Origin: Macrostomum lignano
Lineage: Eukaryota
Direction: 5' to 3'
NCBI GenBank assembly: GCA_002269645.1
Contig: NIVC01000759.1
Span: forward strand, 1 to 64,000
DNA: 64,000 bases
The first letter of the stretch is position 1. Every line of letters begins with the position of its first letter. A program made the translations under genes and the position numbers. Below are positions 20,101 to 32,275 of the stretch, piece after piece. The notes beneath the pieces were generated by a model. The model saw only the letters and a list, made by a program, of their open reading frames with translations. It was not told the origin of the DNA and ran no database searches.

Positions 20101-23100
20101 TTGCGAATCTCATAAATTCTAGAGGGCTAAGTACCCAGGTTTAATTCCTCTCGGCCACTGTACACCTGCATGAGCTGGGCTCAACTATCCAATTAGATGC
20201 GTGGGCGTGAGTGCCAAAGGGTTCTCGCTGAGTGCGAGTGCACCAACTATTATCTAAACCGAATGCCAAACAGCCGCGTGGGCTGGAAAATTGGTGCATT
20301 TTTGGTACAAACAAAACATTTGTGTGGGCCGGGGTGCTGTAAGGACTAAAAAAAACCCGAGTCACATTCCACAGGAATTTCCGCAGCGGTGAAAAACTCA
20401 CCAACTCGGAGCGCCTTCTCCTTGTCCGCCAGCTCGTCGATGTAGACGTGACAGACTCCGTCGCTGTGGCCCAGCACGGGGATGCCGACGCTCTGCCGCT
20501 GGATGTCGCGGATCATCTGGGCGGAGCCGCGCGGAATCACCAGGTCAACGTGCTCGCCCATGGCCAGCAGGTCGGACACCTGCTCCCGGCCGCCCACCAG
20601 CCCGACCAGGCGGGGGCTCAGGCCGTGGGCGCGGACAGCCTCCTCCACCAGGCGGTGAAGAGCGCCGTTCGTCTGGTGGGCCTCGCTGCCGCCCTTGAGC
20701 AGCAGGCCGTTGCCGCTGGCGATGCTGAGGGCGGCCACCTGGCGGATTGGGGGACGGGGAGCGCACAAGCTGGAGTACCTAGTCTCCTGCCTCTTGTCTC
20801 TTGTACACCTTGTTCTCTATCTTGTACACCTTGTTCTCTATCTTGTACACCTTGTTCTCTATCTGGTACACCTAGTCAACGCGGTAAACACGGCCAGTCG
20901 AAGACGGTTTTAAACGCACAGTTACTAATTAATTTTTTTTCGTAAATACTTGAAGACCTACGTGACAAAGCGAGGCTTTTAAAAAAGTCTTGACGAAATG
21001 GCTAAAAATTCATGACGTGACTCAAGCGGTGCATTATAGGGCGAAGATAAAAAAAAGGTGAAACAAGCTGAGCTATAATGAAACAAAAATTATACTGAAA
21101 TCAGTCGGATGTACTACTGACAGTAGGCAGAATTGATTGCGAGCAAATGGTTGCTATGAAGCTTAGCTCAGCTACCCGCTAAACCCCCAAGCCCCCAGCT
21201 CAGCTACCCGCTGAACCCCCCAGCCCCCAGCTCAGCTACCCGCTGAACCCCCAGCCCCCAGCTCAGCTACCCGCTGAACCCCCCAGCCCCCAGCTCAGCT
21301 ACTCGCTAAACCCCCAAGCCCCCAGCTCAGCTACCCGCTGAACCCCCCAGCCCCCAGCTCAGCTACCCGCTAAACTCCCAAGCCCCCAGCTCAGCTACCC
21401 GCTGAACCCCCAGCCCCCAGCTCAGCTACCCGCTAAACTCCCAAGCCCCCAGCTCAGCTACCCGCTGAACCCCCCAGCCCCAGCTCAGCTACCCGCTAAA
21501 CCCCCAAGCCCCCAGCTCAGCTACCCGCTGAACCCCCAGCCCCCAGCTCAGCTACCCGCTAAACCCCCAAGCCCCCAGCTCAGCTACCCGCTGAACCCCA
21601 GCTCAGCTACCCGCTGAACCCCAGCTCAGCTACCCGCTGAACCCCAGCTCAGCTACCCGCTGAACCCCAGCTCAGCTACCCGCTGAACCCCAGCTCAGCT
21701 ACCCGCTGAACCCCAGCTCAGCTACCCGCAGAATCCCAGCTCAGCTACCTGCGGCAGGCAGTCGGGCCTGGACTCGAAGATGACCAGCAGCACTCCGATC
21801 GGCACGGTCACCTGCTCCAGCTTGAGGCCCTCGGCCAGTTTGGTGCGGCGCAGCACGCGGCCCAGCAGGCCGGGGCAGGAGTCGGCGATCTGCCGCAGCC
21901 CGTCGGCCAGCACCTGCAGCTTCTCAGGCGTGAGCTTCAGCCTGGCCAGCAGGTGCGGGCTGAGGCCGGCAGCGCTGCTCAGATCCTGATTGTTGGCCAG
22001 CAGGATGTCCGCCTGCTGCTCGATCTGCAAAGTGGCATGGGGGGGGGGGTTTCTAGCTGAAAGGCCAGCAGCTGAAGGGAATGCTTACCAACTTACCAGC
22101 AGGTCGGCCAGCTTCCTGATGACGCTGGCCCGGACATCGGCTGGCATGGCCTGCAGCTGATGACTGGCGCACCGCGCCTCCCACGCCTGCTGCTCCACGC
22201 CGACGCCCTCGGGTGGCGCCAGAGTGAAGAAGGTGCCGACCTTCTTGCCTTCCAGCACGCTGGGGATGACGTTTTCTTCCGTGCCCTCGCAGATGACCAC
22301 GGAGGTGCCCTTGCGGACGGCCCACTGGGCGGCCTTGACTTTGGACTCCATGCCACCCGTGCCCACCCGGGACTTGCTGCCGAACTGCAGCCTGGCGCCG
22401 TCGAAGTCCGGATTGAAGGTGTGCAGCAGGCGGGAGTCCTCGCGGTCTGGCGGCGAGGTGTACAGGCCCTGCGGGAATGGGAGTCGGATAGGGGTAGCTA
22501 ATAGGGGTAGCTGAGTAGCTAATAGGGGTAGCTGAGTAGCTAATAGGGGTAGCTGAGCAGCTAAGGGCGGATGGCAGAGCAGAGCTCAATCAAAGCAGTA
22601 TTCTCAGGTATATCTGAGGTGCTTGAGAATAGGCACTGATTGGGATTGTTAAATTGGGTGAAATCACTAACTAAAACACTCACATTTCTACTTAGAGTAC
22701 GCAGATGCGCAAATGCTACGCAAGACTTTACCAACAGTGAGATTCATGACTCACCTTGACGTCGCTCATGATGATCAGCAGGTCGGCGTTGACTTCCACA
22801 GCCAGCCGGGCTGCCAGCGAGTCGTTGTCTTGGATGCTCAGCACGCCCTGCAGGTCCGAGTCCTGGCTTGGCGGCGGCGCCACCGCGTCGTTGGTGTTGA
22901 CGATGGGGACAATGTTCAACCGAAGCAGCTCAGCCAGGGTGCTCCGCAGGTTGGCCCGCGAGTTGGCGTCCTCGAAGTCGGGCTTGGTGAGCAGGATCTC
23001 GGCGGTCTGGATGCCGTACTGCATGAACAGCGCTTCGTACAGCGCCATGAGGCCGGACATGCCGGTGGCGGCGCAGGCCCTGGGGTCGATCTGGCTTTGA

Positions 23101-23961
23101 AAGGCCTTCCGGCGCGAGTTCACGTCGGCTGAAAGCGTCTCGCCGATGCTCATGCTCATCATCTGCTGCTGGCGGAGCTTCTGCTTGCCGAAGGCCACGG
23201 CGCCGCTGGTGACCAGCACGCAGTGACGGCCCTGTTGAAAAATTTCATGGCAGTGTAGACAGACAGACGGTGACTGATTGAAAAGGTCGGAGAAATTGGG
23301 CGTACAAGAGAGAGGACCAAGTGTACAAGATATAGGAATAGGTGTACAAGATAAAATACTAGGTGTACAAGATAGAATACTTGTGTAAAAGATCGAGTAC
23401 TAGGTGTACAAGATAGAGGACCAGGTGTACAAGATAAATATTTAGTGTACAATATAGAGGACTAGGTGTACAAGATAGAGGACTGGTGTACAAGATAGAG
23501 GACCAGGTGTACAAGATAAATATTTAGTGTACAATATAGAGGACTAGGTGTACAAGATAGAGGACTGGTGTACAAGATAGAGGACCAGGTGTACAAGATA
23601 GGGGACTGGTTTACAAGATAGAAGACTAGGTGAAAAGGGTGGGATGAATTGTGCAAGCACCAACACCGGTGCTCACCTGCAGACACAGGTCGGAGATCTG
23701 CTCTACAATGGAGGCGAGGCGGCCCAGCGCCAGTCCGCACTCATCGGCTCGGGTGATGACGGCGCTGCCCAGCTTCACCACCACGTGCTCGGCGTACTTC
23801 AAGTCCTGCCGAGACTTGTGCGGCTGCGTGGCGACGGTCGGGGCAGCCGGCAAAGCGGAGAACGGAGCAATGGTGGAGCGGTCCGACAGCGAGCGCTGAA
23901 CAGAGGCCAGACAGCAGGCGGCCTGGCGCGGCAGGGCGGACATCCGCAGGCGGGCCAGCAT
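17104..23961 (-). CDS. ALDH18A1: Delta-1-pyrroline-5-carboxylate synthase copy A; exons 23961-23677, 23231-22755, 22468-22097, 22024-21749, 20738-20402, 20069-19948, 18998-18812, 18040-17945, 17276-17104
   Basis: [26 protein letters not shown] (glutamate kinase); [38 protein letters not shown] (GPR); all introns GT-AG and in frame. Confidence 0.95.
17298..17545. repeat. About 29-bp minisatellite in P5CS-A intron 8 (related array in copy B at 25297-25670)
   Basis: gagatgatggggagg(c/t)tgag(c/t)agggataagg units. Confidence 0.9.
18240..18800. repeat. CAC-rich minisatellite in P5CS-A intron 7 (related array in copy B at 26075-26875)
   Basis: ttcacac..taaccacacta units. Confidence 0.9.
19375..19860. 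repeat. 21-bp G-rich minisatellite in P5CS-A intron 6
   Basis: gggtggggaatgtggggtgga units. Confidence 0.9.
21165..21748. repeat. About 23-bp minisatellite in P5CS-A intron 4
   Basis: cccagctcagctacccgctgaac units. Confidence 0.9.
23310..23630. repeat. Minisatellite in P5CS-A intron 1
   Basis: ggtgtacaagatagaggac units. Confidence 0.85.
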
Positions 23962-24139
23962 CCCCGAGCGATGAAGCTGAATGCGGTTATGTATTCTAAC
24001 GCATGAATTTAGCCCGGGAAACAATATTGCATAAGTGACTCTGTGATTTCAAAGATAAACAGAGCCTATTTGATTAAGTGTATTTGTACTTTTATTGCAC
24101 GCTTTTCGGACAAAGTCAAAAAGAAGGGCTGGCCTAAGC

Positions 24140-24320
24140 CGAGTAGCTAAGGGCGGATTGGTGAGTGGCTAAGGGCGGATTGGGGAGTAGCTAAGGGTAG
24201 ATTGCTGAGTAGCTAAGGGCGGATTGCTGATTAGCTAAGAGCGGATTTATGAGTAGCTAAGGGCGGATTTCTGAGTAGCTAAGGGCGGGTTGCCGAGCAG
24301 CTAAGGGCGGATTGTCGAGT
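24140..24320. repeat. 22-bp minisatellite between the P5CS copies
   Basis: gagtagctaagggcggatt units. Confidence 0.8.
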
Positions 24321-25100
24321 AGCTAACGACGGATTGGGGTGCAGCTAAAGGTGGGTTGAAGAGTAGATAACAGCGGATGGTAGAGCAGGCAAGAGCAGAT
24401 GGCGGAGGGTAGATCAGTTGAGGCCAAATGGCAGATCAGGTGAGAGCAGATGGCGGAGCAAATAAAAGCAGATGGCAGAGCAGGTGAGGGCAACAACACC
24501 TGTCCCCAAGAGCCCCTAATTCCTACGGTACCGGCGCAATGAAGCAAAAGCAAAAGCCAGCACACAGGCAGATTCTACATATAAAAGCAGAAATTCAATC
24601 CAAAGGTAAAAGCAAAGATATTGGCTGTTTTATTTTGTTAAAATCAGAATCTAAGTCATCGAATTATTTGTTCAAAATTGCGGATTAAAATATATACTAT
24701 TATGCGGAAAAAAATATTGCTTAAATATTGCCTTTACCAATATATACTATAATGCGGAAAATATTGCTCAAATATTGCCTTTACCAAATTGATGTAAAAA
24801 TTGTCATAATAATGTAAAACAGCAACCATTGCAGGTGGGAGGAATGCCCAGAATTATCACATTGTAAACGCTAAGCAGACAGTCTTGGCTGGGAGCTCTG
24901 GGATTAATAAAACCTGTGCGGTATTGTAAGATAAACTGGAAGTCATAGTGAAGGATTGGCATCGCTGATTGGCCCGATGGATTCGCCGTCCGGCATGTAC
25001 ACAGTTGGACAGGCCGAAATGCTAGTATAGAACACCTGGACACTAATTATGGCTGTGCTAATATAAAGGTAATCTAAAGGTGGTTCATTGGCCCAGCGGC

Positions 25101-28100
25101 TCAGGCGGAGTCCGCACTCAGCAGGTTCTCGTGGACGAACTTCTTCGTGCCCTCGGCGAAGTCGCTGACCGTGTCGCCGCTGCCGTGCAGCAGCCACTTG
25201 GTGGTCAGGAGGCCCTCAACGCCCACCGGGCCGCGGGCGTGGATGCGGCTGGTGCTGATGCCCACCTCGGCGCCTGCGGGACGGGGAAATGCGGCTTGAG
25301 ATGATGGGAGGCTGAGTAGGGATATGGCTGAGATGATGGGAGGCTGAGTAGGGATATGGCTGAGATGATGGGGAGGCTGAGTAGGGATAAGGGCTGACAT
25401 GATGGGAGGCTGAGTAGGGATAAGGGCTGACATGATGGGAGGCTGAGTAGGGATAAGGGTTGAGATGATGGGAGGCTGAGTAGGGATATGGCTGAGATGA
25501 TGGGGAGGCTGAGTAGGGATAAGGGCTGACATGATGGGAGGCTGAGTAGGGATAAGGGTTGAGATGATGGGAGGCTGAGTAGGGATAAGGGCTGACATGA
25601 TGGGAGGCTGAGTAGGGATAAGGGTTGAGATGATGGGAGGCTGAGTAGGGATAAGTGCTGAGATGATGAAGAAGGAAAGGGTAAGAGGATTAACTCATAG
25701 CAACTCACCCAGTCCGAAGCGGTAGCCGTCAGAGAAGCGGGTGCTGCAGTTGTGGAAGACACAGGCGCTGTCCACGTTGGTCAGGAAGGTGTTGACGCTG
25801 GTTTCTGGGGGTGGGGTCAGGGAGACAAAATCAATCGAATTCTAATGTGTGACAATGGCCATCAATTTGCATTATGCCGGTGAGGCGGGAAGGAAACTCC
25901 AATCAAATTTGTTATTGCAATGTACACATCCTAAAAACGCTGACACTCCTTAATACATGTGCTTGCTTATTTAATAGGACATTCATACATTTTTGGATAT
26001 TGAAACATTCACATATTGTCCAGGAATCTACGATAATCACATTACATACAATGAAATTCAGAAAACTTTCAACTATTCACAGATTATTAACCACACTATT
26101 CACACATTAACAACATTATTCACATATGATTCCCCTTGTACTATATATCCCATTGCACTATTCACACAATGCCACACTATTCACACAATACCACATTATT
26201 CACACAATACCACATTATTCACACATTAACCACGCTATTCACACAATACCACACAATTCACACAATACCACACTTTTCACACAATACCACACTATTCACA
26301 CAATACTACACGATTCACACATTACCACACAATTCACACAATACCACACTATTCACACAATGCCACACAATTCACACAATACCACAATATTCACACATTA
26401 ACCACGCTATTCACACAATACCACACAATACCACACTATTCACACAATGCCACACAATTCACACAATACCACAATATTCACACATTAACCACGCTATTCA
26501 CACAATACCACACAATTCACACAACACCACACTATTCACACAATGCTACACAATTCACACAATATCACACTATTCACACATTAACAACACTTTTCACACA
26601 CCACACTATTCACACACTTACCACACTATTCACACACTTACCACACTATTCACACAATGTCACACAATTCACACAATCACACAATATCACACTATTCACA
26701 AAATACCACACTTCACACATTTACCACACTATTCACACAATACTACATTATTCACACAATACCACAAAATTCACACATTAACCACACTATTCACACATTA
26801 ACCACGCTATTCACACAATACCACGCTATTCACACAATACCACGCTATTCACACAATACCACACTATTCACACAGTCCCTCACCGTTCTCAGACACGATG
26901 GAGTCGGTGTGGTGGCTGCCGTAGGTGTTGATGTGGTCCACAGCCTCCGCCACGCCGGACACGATCTCGATGCAGCACTCCAGACTGCTGTACTCCGTGC
27001 GCAGCGAGGTGGCCGGCGACGGGCCGAAGCGAATCTTCTTGGCAAGCCTGGGCCCGGTGTTCACCTTCACCTGTGACAGGTGGGGGCGGGGGTGAAACAG
27101 GTGTAAGTCACAAATTCTTATCTATGTGCATGTACATGGTCTACAAAAGAAGATCAGCCAGAACCAGTTAATTAGACTCACATCACGAGACCTGAGCGCG
27201 TCGAACAGCTCATCAAAGAAGCCGCTCTTCAGGTGGCTCTCGTGCAGCAGCACGGTCTCCATGGCGTTGCACGCGGCCGGGTAGTCGCACTTGGAGTCCA
27301 GCACTGCGGGAATGGCATTGGGGATCCGTGCGTTGGGATCAACTACTTTCAGTAGCATACTGCGAAGAACAAGAAGGGATATAAGATGGACACTGAATGC
27401 TGGTTCAGTGGCATCATGCGGGTTAAAAGAGTGGGTTCACCTGGGAGAGGGGAGGCTTCCGCCATTGCAACACGGCAAAGCCAATCACAGACCCCATAGA
27501 CTTGAAGCAGGGACTCACCGATTCGAATGGCCCGGTCCCTGTCCGCCAGCTCGTCAATGTAGACGTGGCAGACTCCGTCGCTGTGGCCCAGCACGGGGAT
27601 GCCGACGCTCTGCCGCTGGATGTCGCGAATCATCTGGGCGGAGCCGCGCGGAATCACCAGGTCAACGTGCTCGCCCATGGCCAGCAGGTCGGACACCTGC
27701 TCCCGGCCGCCCACCAGCCCGACCAGGCGGGGGCTCAGGCCGTGGGCGCGGACAGCCTCTTCTACCAGGCGGTGCAGGGCGCCGTTCGTCTGGTGGGCCT
27801 CGCTGCCGCCCTTGAGCAGCAGGCCGTTGCCGCTGGCGATACTGAGGGCGGCCACCTAGGGGGGGGGGGCGGTGATTGCAGGTGAAAACAGGTGATTATA
27901 GATGGTTACAGATGATTACAGACGATTACAGACGATTACAGGTGATTACAGATGATTACAGGTGATTACAGGTTATTACAGATGATTACAGGTGATTACA
28001 GATGATTGCAGGTATTTACAGGTGATTACAGGTTATTACAGATGATTACAGGTGATTACAGATTATTAAAGATTATTACAGGTGATTACAGATTATTACA

Positions 28101-30584
28101 GATGATTACAGGTGATTACAGATGATTACAGGTGATTACAGATGGTTACAGATGATTACAGGTTATTACAGATGATTACAGGTTATTACAGATGATTACA
28201 GGTGATTACAGATGATTACAGGTGATTACAGATGATTACAGGTGATTACAGATTATTACAGATTATTACAAGTGATTACAGATTATTACCGATTATTACA
28301 GGTGATTACAGTGCTGACAGATGATTTCCGGCTAATACAGTGCTTGTAGGTAATTACAGGTGATTACAGTGATTCAGGTGATATTGTGGCCGCAGAGACA
28401 CGGAATACTTAAACTTAAAACAGATCAAAGTAGTTAAGCTGTAAAAATGGCTACCTGCGGCAGGCAGTCGGGCCTGGACTCGAAGATGACCAGCAGCACT
28501 CCGATCGGCACAGTCACCTGCTCCAGCTTGAGGCCCTCGGCCAGTTTGGTGCGGCGCAGCACGCGGCCCAGCAGGCCGGGGCAGGAGTCGGCGATCTGCC
28601 GCAGCCCGTCGGCCAGCACCTGCAGCTTCTCAGGCGTGAGCTTCAGCCTGGCCAGCAGGTGCGGGCTGAGGCCAGTGGCGTTGCCAAGGTCCAGGCTGTT
28701 GGCCAGCAGGATGTCCGCCTGGCGCTCGATCTGCGTGATGAGAGCGGGGCGTCTGGTCAGCCAGTCTGTATGCAGGGCTCTGAGAGGTTCTTTAATTTCA
28801 CGTGTCGCCAAAAGCATTCACTTTCACAAGGAGAATATTCAAGGCTCACCAGCAGGTCGGCCAGCTTCCTGATGACGCTGGCGCGGTCGTTGGCTGGCAT
28901 GGCCTGCAGCTGCTGGCTGGCAGACCGCGCCTCCCACGCCTGCTGCTCCACGCCGACGCCCTCGGGTGGCGCCAGAGTGAAGAAGGTTCCGACCTTCTTG
29001 CCATTCAGCACGCTGGGGATGACGTTGGCGGCCGTGCCCTCGCAGATGACCACGGAGGTGCCCTTGCGGACGGCCCACTGGGCGGCCTTGACCTTGGACT
29101 CCATGCCGCCCGTGCCTACGCTGGATTTGCTGCCGAACTGCAGCATGGCGCTGTCAAAGTCCGGATTGAAGGTGTGCAGCAGACGGGAGTCCTCGCGGTC
29201 TGGCGGCGAAGTGTACAGGCCCTGCCGGATCGGCGGATAACGGCAAGGTGAAAATGAAAGCGAAAAAAACAAAATCTGAATCTGAGACCAGCCATGTTCG
29301 GCCTGGACACCGAGACTCACCTTGACGTCGCTCATGATGATCAGCAATTCTGCGTTGACTTCAACAGCCAGCCGGGCTGCCAGCGAGTCGTTGTCCTGGA
29401 TCCTCAGCACGCCCTGCATATCGGAGTCGTGTCTGGGCGGCGGCGCCACCGCGTCGTTGGTGTTGACGATGGGGACAATGTTCAGCTGCAGCAGCTCAGC
29501 CAGGGTGCTCCGCAGGTTGGCCCGCGAGTTGGCGTCCTCGAAGTCGGGCTTGGTGAGCAGGATCTCGGCGGTCTGGATGCCGTACTGCATGAACAGCGCT
29601 TCGTACAGCGCCATGAGGCCGGACATGCCGGTGGCGGCGCAGGCCCTGGGGTCGATCTGGCTTTGAAAGGCCTTCCGGCGCGAGTTCACGTCGGCTGAAA
29701 GCGTCTCGCCGATGCTCATGCTCATCATCTGCTGCTGGCGGAGCTTCTGCTTGCCGAAGGCCACCGCGCCGCTGGTGACCAGCACGCAGTGCTTTCCCTG
29801 CATGTTAATAAACTCAGTTTTATGAATAATGAAAGCGCACTCTTTATTGAGAGGGTGTACACAGCTGATTGCTGGGAGGGTGTACACAGCTGATGACTAG
29901 ATGTACACAGTTGATGACTGAGAGGATGTACACACCCGATGGCTGGGAGGGTGTACACAGCTGATGGCTGGGAGGGTGTACACACCCGATGGCTGGGAGG
30001 GTGTACACAGCTGATGGCTGGGAGGGTGTGCACAGCTGATGGCTGGGAGGGTGTACACACCCGATGGCTGGGAGGGTGTACACAGCTGTGGCTGGGAGGG
30101 TGTACACAGCTGATGGCTGGGAGGGTGTACACAGCTGATGGCTGGGAGGGTGTACACAGCTGATGACTAGATGTACACACTTGATGACTGAGAGGATGTT
30201 CACAGCTGATGGCTGGGAGGGTGTGCACTGCAGCTGATGGCTGGGAGGGTGTACACCGCCTGGGAGTCACAGCTAGCAGCAAGCACTAACACCGGTGCTC
30301 ACCTGCAGGCACATGTCGGAGATCTGCTCCACAATGGAGGCGAGGCGGCCCAGCGCCAGTCCGCACTCATCGGCGCGGGTGATGACGGCGCTGCCCAGCT
30401 TCACCACCACGTTCTCCGCGTATTTTAAGTCCTGCCGAGTCTTGGGGTCGGCGGCAGGCGAGCCCGGCACGGCTGAGTAGGCGGCGATGGGCGAGCGGCC
30501 GGATAGCGAGTGGCGCAAGCGGCACTGCTTGGCCAGGCCGGCGGCCTGACGGGTCAGGGCGGGCATCCGCAGTTGGGCCAGCAT
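25101..30584 (-). CDS. ALDH18A1: Delta-1-pyrroline-5-carboxylate synthase copy B; exons 30584-30303, 29797-29321, 29221-28850, 28730-28455, 27855-27519, 27303-27182, 27070-26884, 25804-25709, 25273-25101
   Basis: Same motifs and identical intron positions as copy A. Confidence 0.95.
27890..28370. repeat. 9-bp GATTACA satellite in P5CS-B intron 4
   Basis: gatgattaca/ggtgattaca units. Confidence 0.9.
29850..30255. repeat. 25-bp minisatellite in P5CS-B intron 1
   Basis: gtgtacacagctgatggctgggagg units. Confidence 0.9.
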
Positions 30585-30677
30585 CTTGGCTTGGGAATAA
30601 GGCTGAGGGCAGGCGGGTGACGTCATTAATTTGGCTTAAAACTAATATCCTATAAATCTACAGCGATTGACTGTCTC

Positions 30678-31090
30678 TAGATCTACTGGATTTGCGTCCT
30701 TAGATCTACTGGATTTGTGTCCTTAGATCTACTGGATTGGGTGTTCCTAGATCTACTGGACGATTGGGTGTCCCTAGATTTACTGGATTGGGTGTCCCTA
30801 GATCTACTGGATTGGGTGTTCCTAGATCTACTGGATTGGGTGTCCCTAGATCTACTGGATTGGGTGTTCCTAGATCTACTGGATTGGGTGTCCCTAGATC
30901 TACTGGATTGGGTGTTCCTAGATCTACTGGATTGGGTGTCCCTAGATCTACTGGATTGGGTGTCTCTAGATCTACTGGATTGGGTGTCCCTAGATATACT
31001 GGATTGGGTGTCCCTAGATTTACTGGATTGGGTGTCCCTAGATCTACTGGATTGGGTGTCCCTAGATATACTGGATTGGGTGTCCCTAGA
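30678..31090. repeat. 24-bp minisatellite upstream of P5CS-B
   Basis: ctagatctactggattgggtgtcc units. Confidence 0.9.
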
Positions 31091-31539
31091 TTTAAAACCC
31101 TCGATATAAAAAAATAGACACAACAAGCCAAAGTTTTACAATCTGAAGCAATATTAAAAACAGTGATCACATGGTGACAAAGATCCAAATATTAAAATGG
31201 AGAGCAAAGCAACTCTTTGTTAGCAATTGAAAATTTTGTTAATAAAAAAACAAAAAAAAGAGAATTAGAGCACAGTTGAGTCGCCATCTGACAGCAGAGG
31301 CCAAGAGTGATTGTTCTGTGTGCTCAGGCAGGCAGCCGAGCACCCGGGGGCTCGTGTACAACTGGGCAAAGCAGCTGGCCACCGCACGGCGGGCAGGTCT
31401 GTCGCAGAGACAAAATAACGGAACAAAACCCGCACATGAGAGCGAAAAATTCTTGCTTGGCAACGAGTTGAGGTTGAGGGGTTGGAGAAATTCTCTCGCT
31501 GTATCAAGCTATTTATAGTGTGTAGAGTGGGGAGAGCAG

Positions 31540-31908
31540 GCGGACAGACAGACAGACAGACACACAGGCAGACAGACAGAAAGACAGACACAGGCAGACA
31601 GACCTAGGCAGACAGAGGCAGACAGACACAGGCAGACAGAGGCAGACAGACAGACAGGCAGACACAGGCAGACAGACACAGGCAGACAGACAGACAGACA
31701 CAGGCAGACAGACAGACAGGCACAGGCAGACAGAGGCAGACAGACACAGGCAGACAGAGGCAGACAGACAGACAGGCAGACACAGGCAGACAGAGGCAGA
31801 CAGACACAGGCAGACAGACAGACAGGCACAGGCAGACAGAGGCAGACAGGCACAGGCAGACAGACAGACAGACAGACAGGCAGACAGGGGCAGACAGACA
31901 GACAGATT
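31540..31908. repeat. (AGAC/AGGC)n microsatellite; another at 47755-48020
   Basis: Simple tetranucleotide-derived repeat. Confidence 0.9.
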
Positions 31909-32275
31909 AGTGACGGCAGCAATAACAATTCCCAATGCCCGATTAAAACCGCTGATTATAAAAGACAATTCAGAAGAGAACGAGCAATTGTAAGCACAAG
32001 AGATGTGTTTGAAAAACAATAAGCGCCCAGTAGAGGCCGGGATGTGTACAGCAGGTGGACTCCCTCCGAACAGCCAGGGCTGTGAATCACCCAGAGAACG
32101 CTGCTATTAGAAGCAAATCTTGCTAAGACAAGCGAATGTTCTGTGCAAAAAGAACGCACAGAGAAACGCAGCGCGAATTCAAATAACTCGGATAAATCCT
32201 GAGCACTCCGGCGTAATTTACAATTGTCGCAGCTTATCTGAGACCGTGGAGTTGTGGAGTAAAGGAGATTATCGA

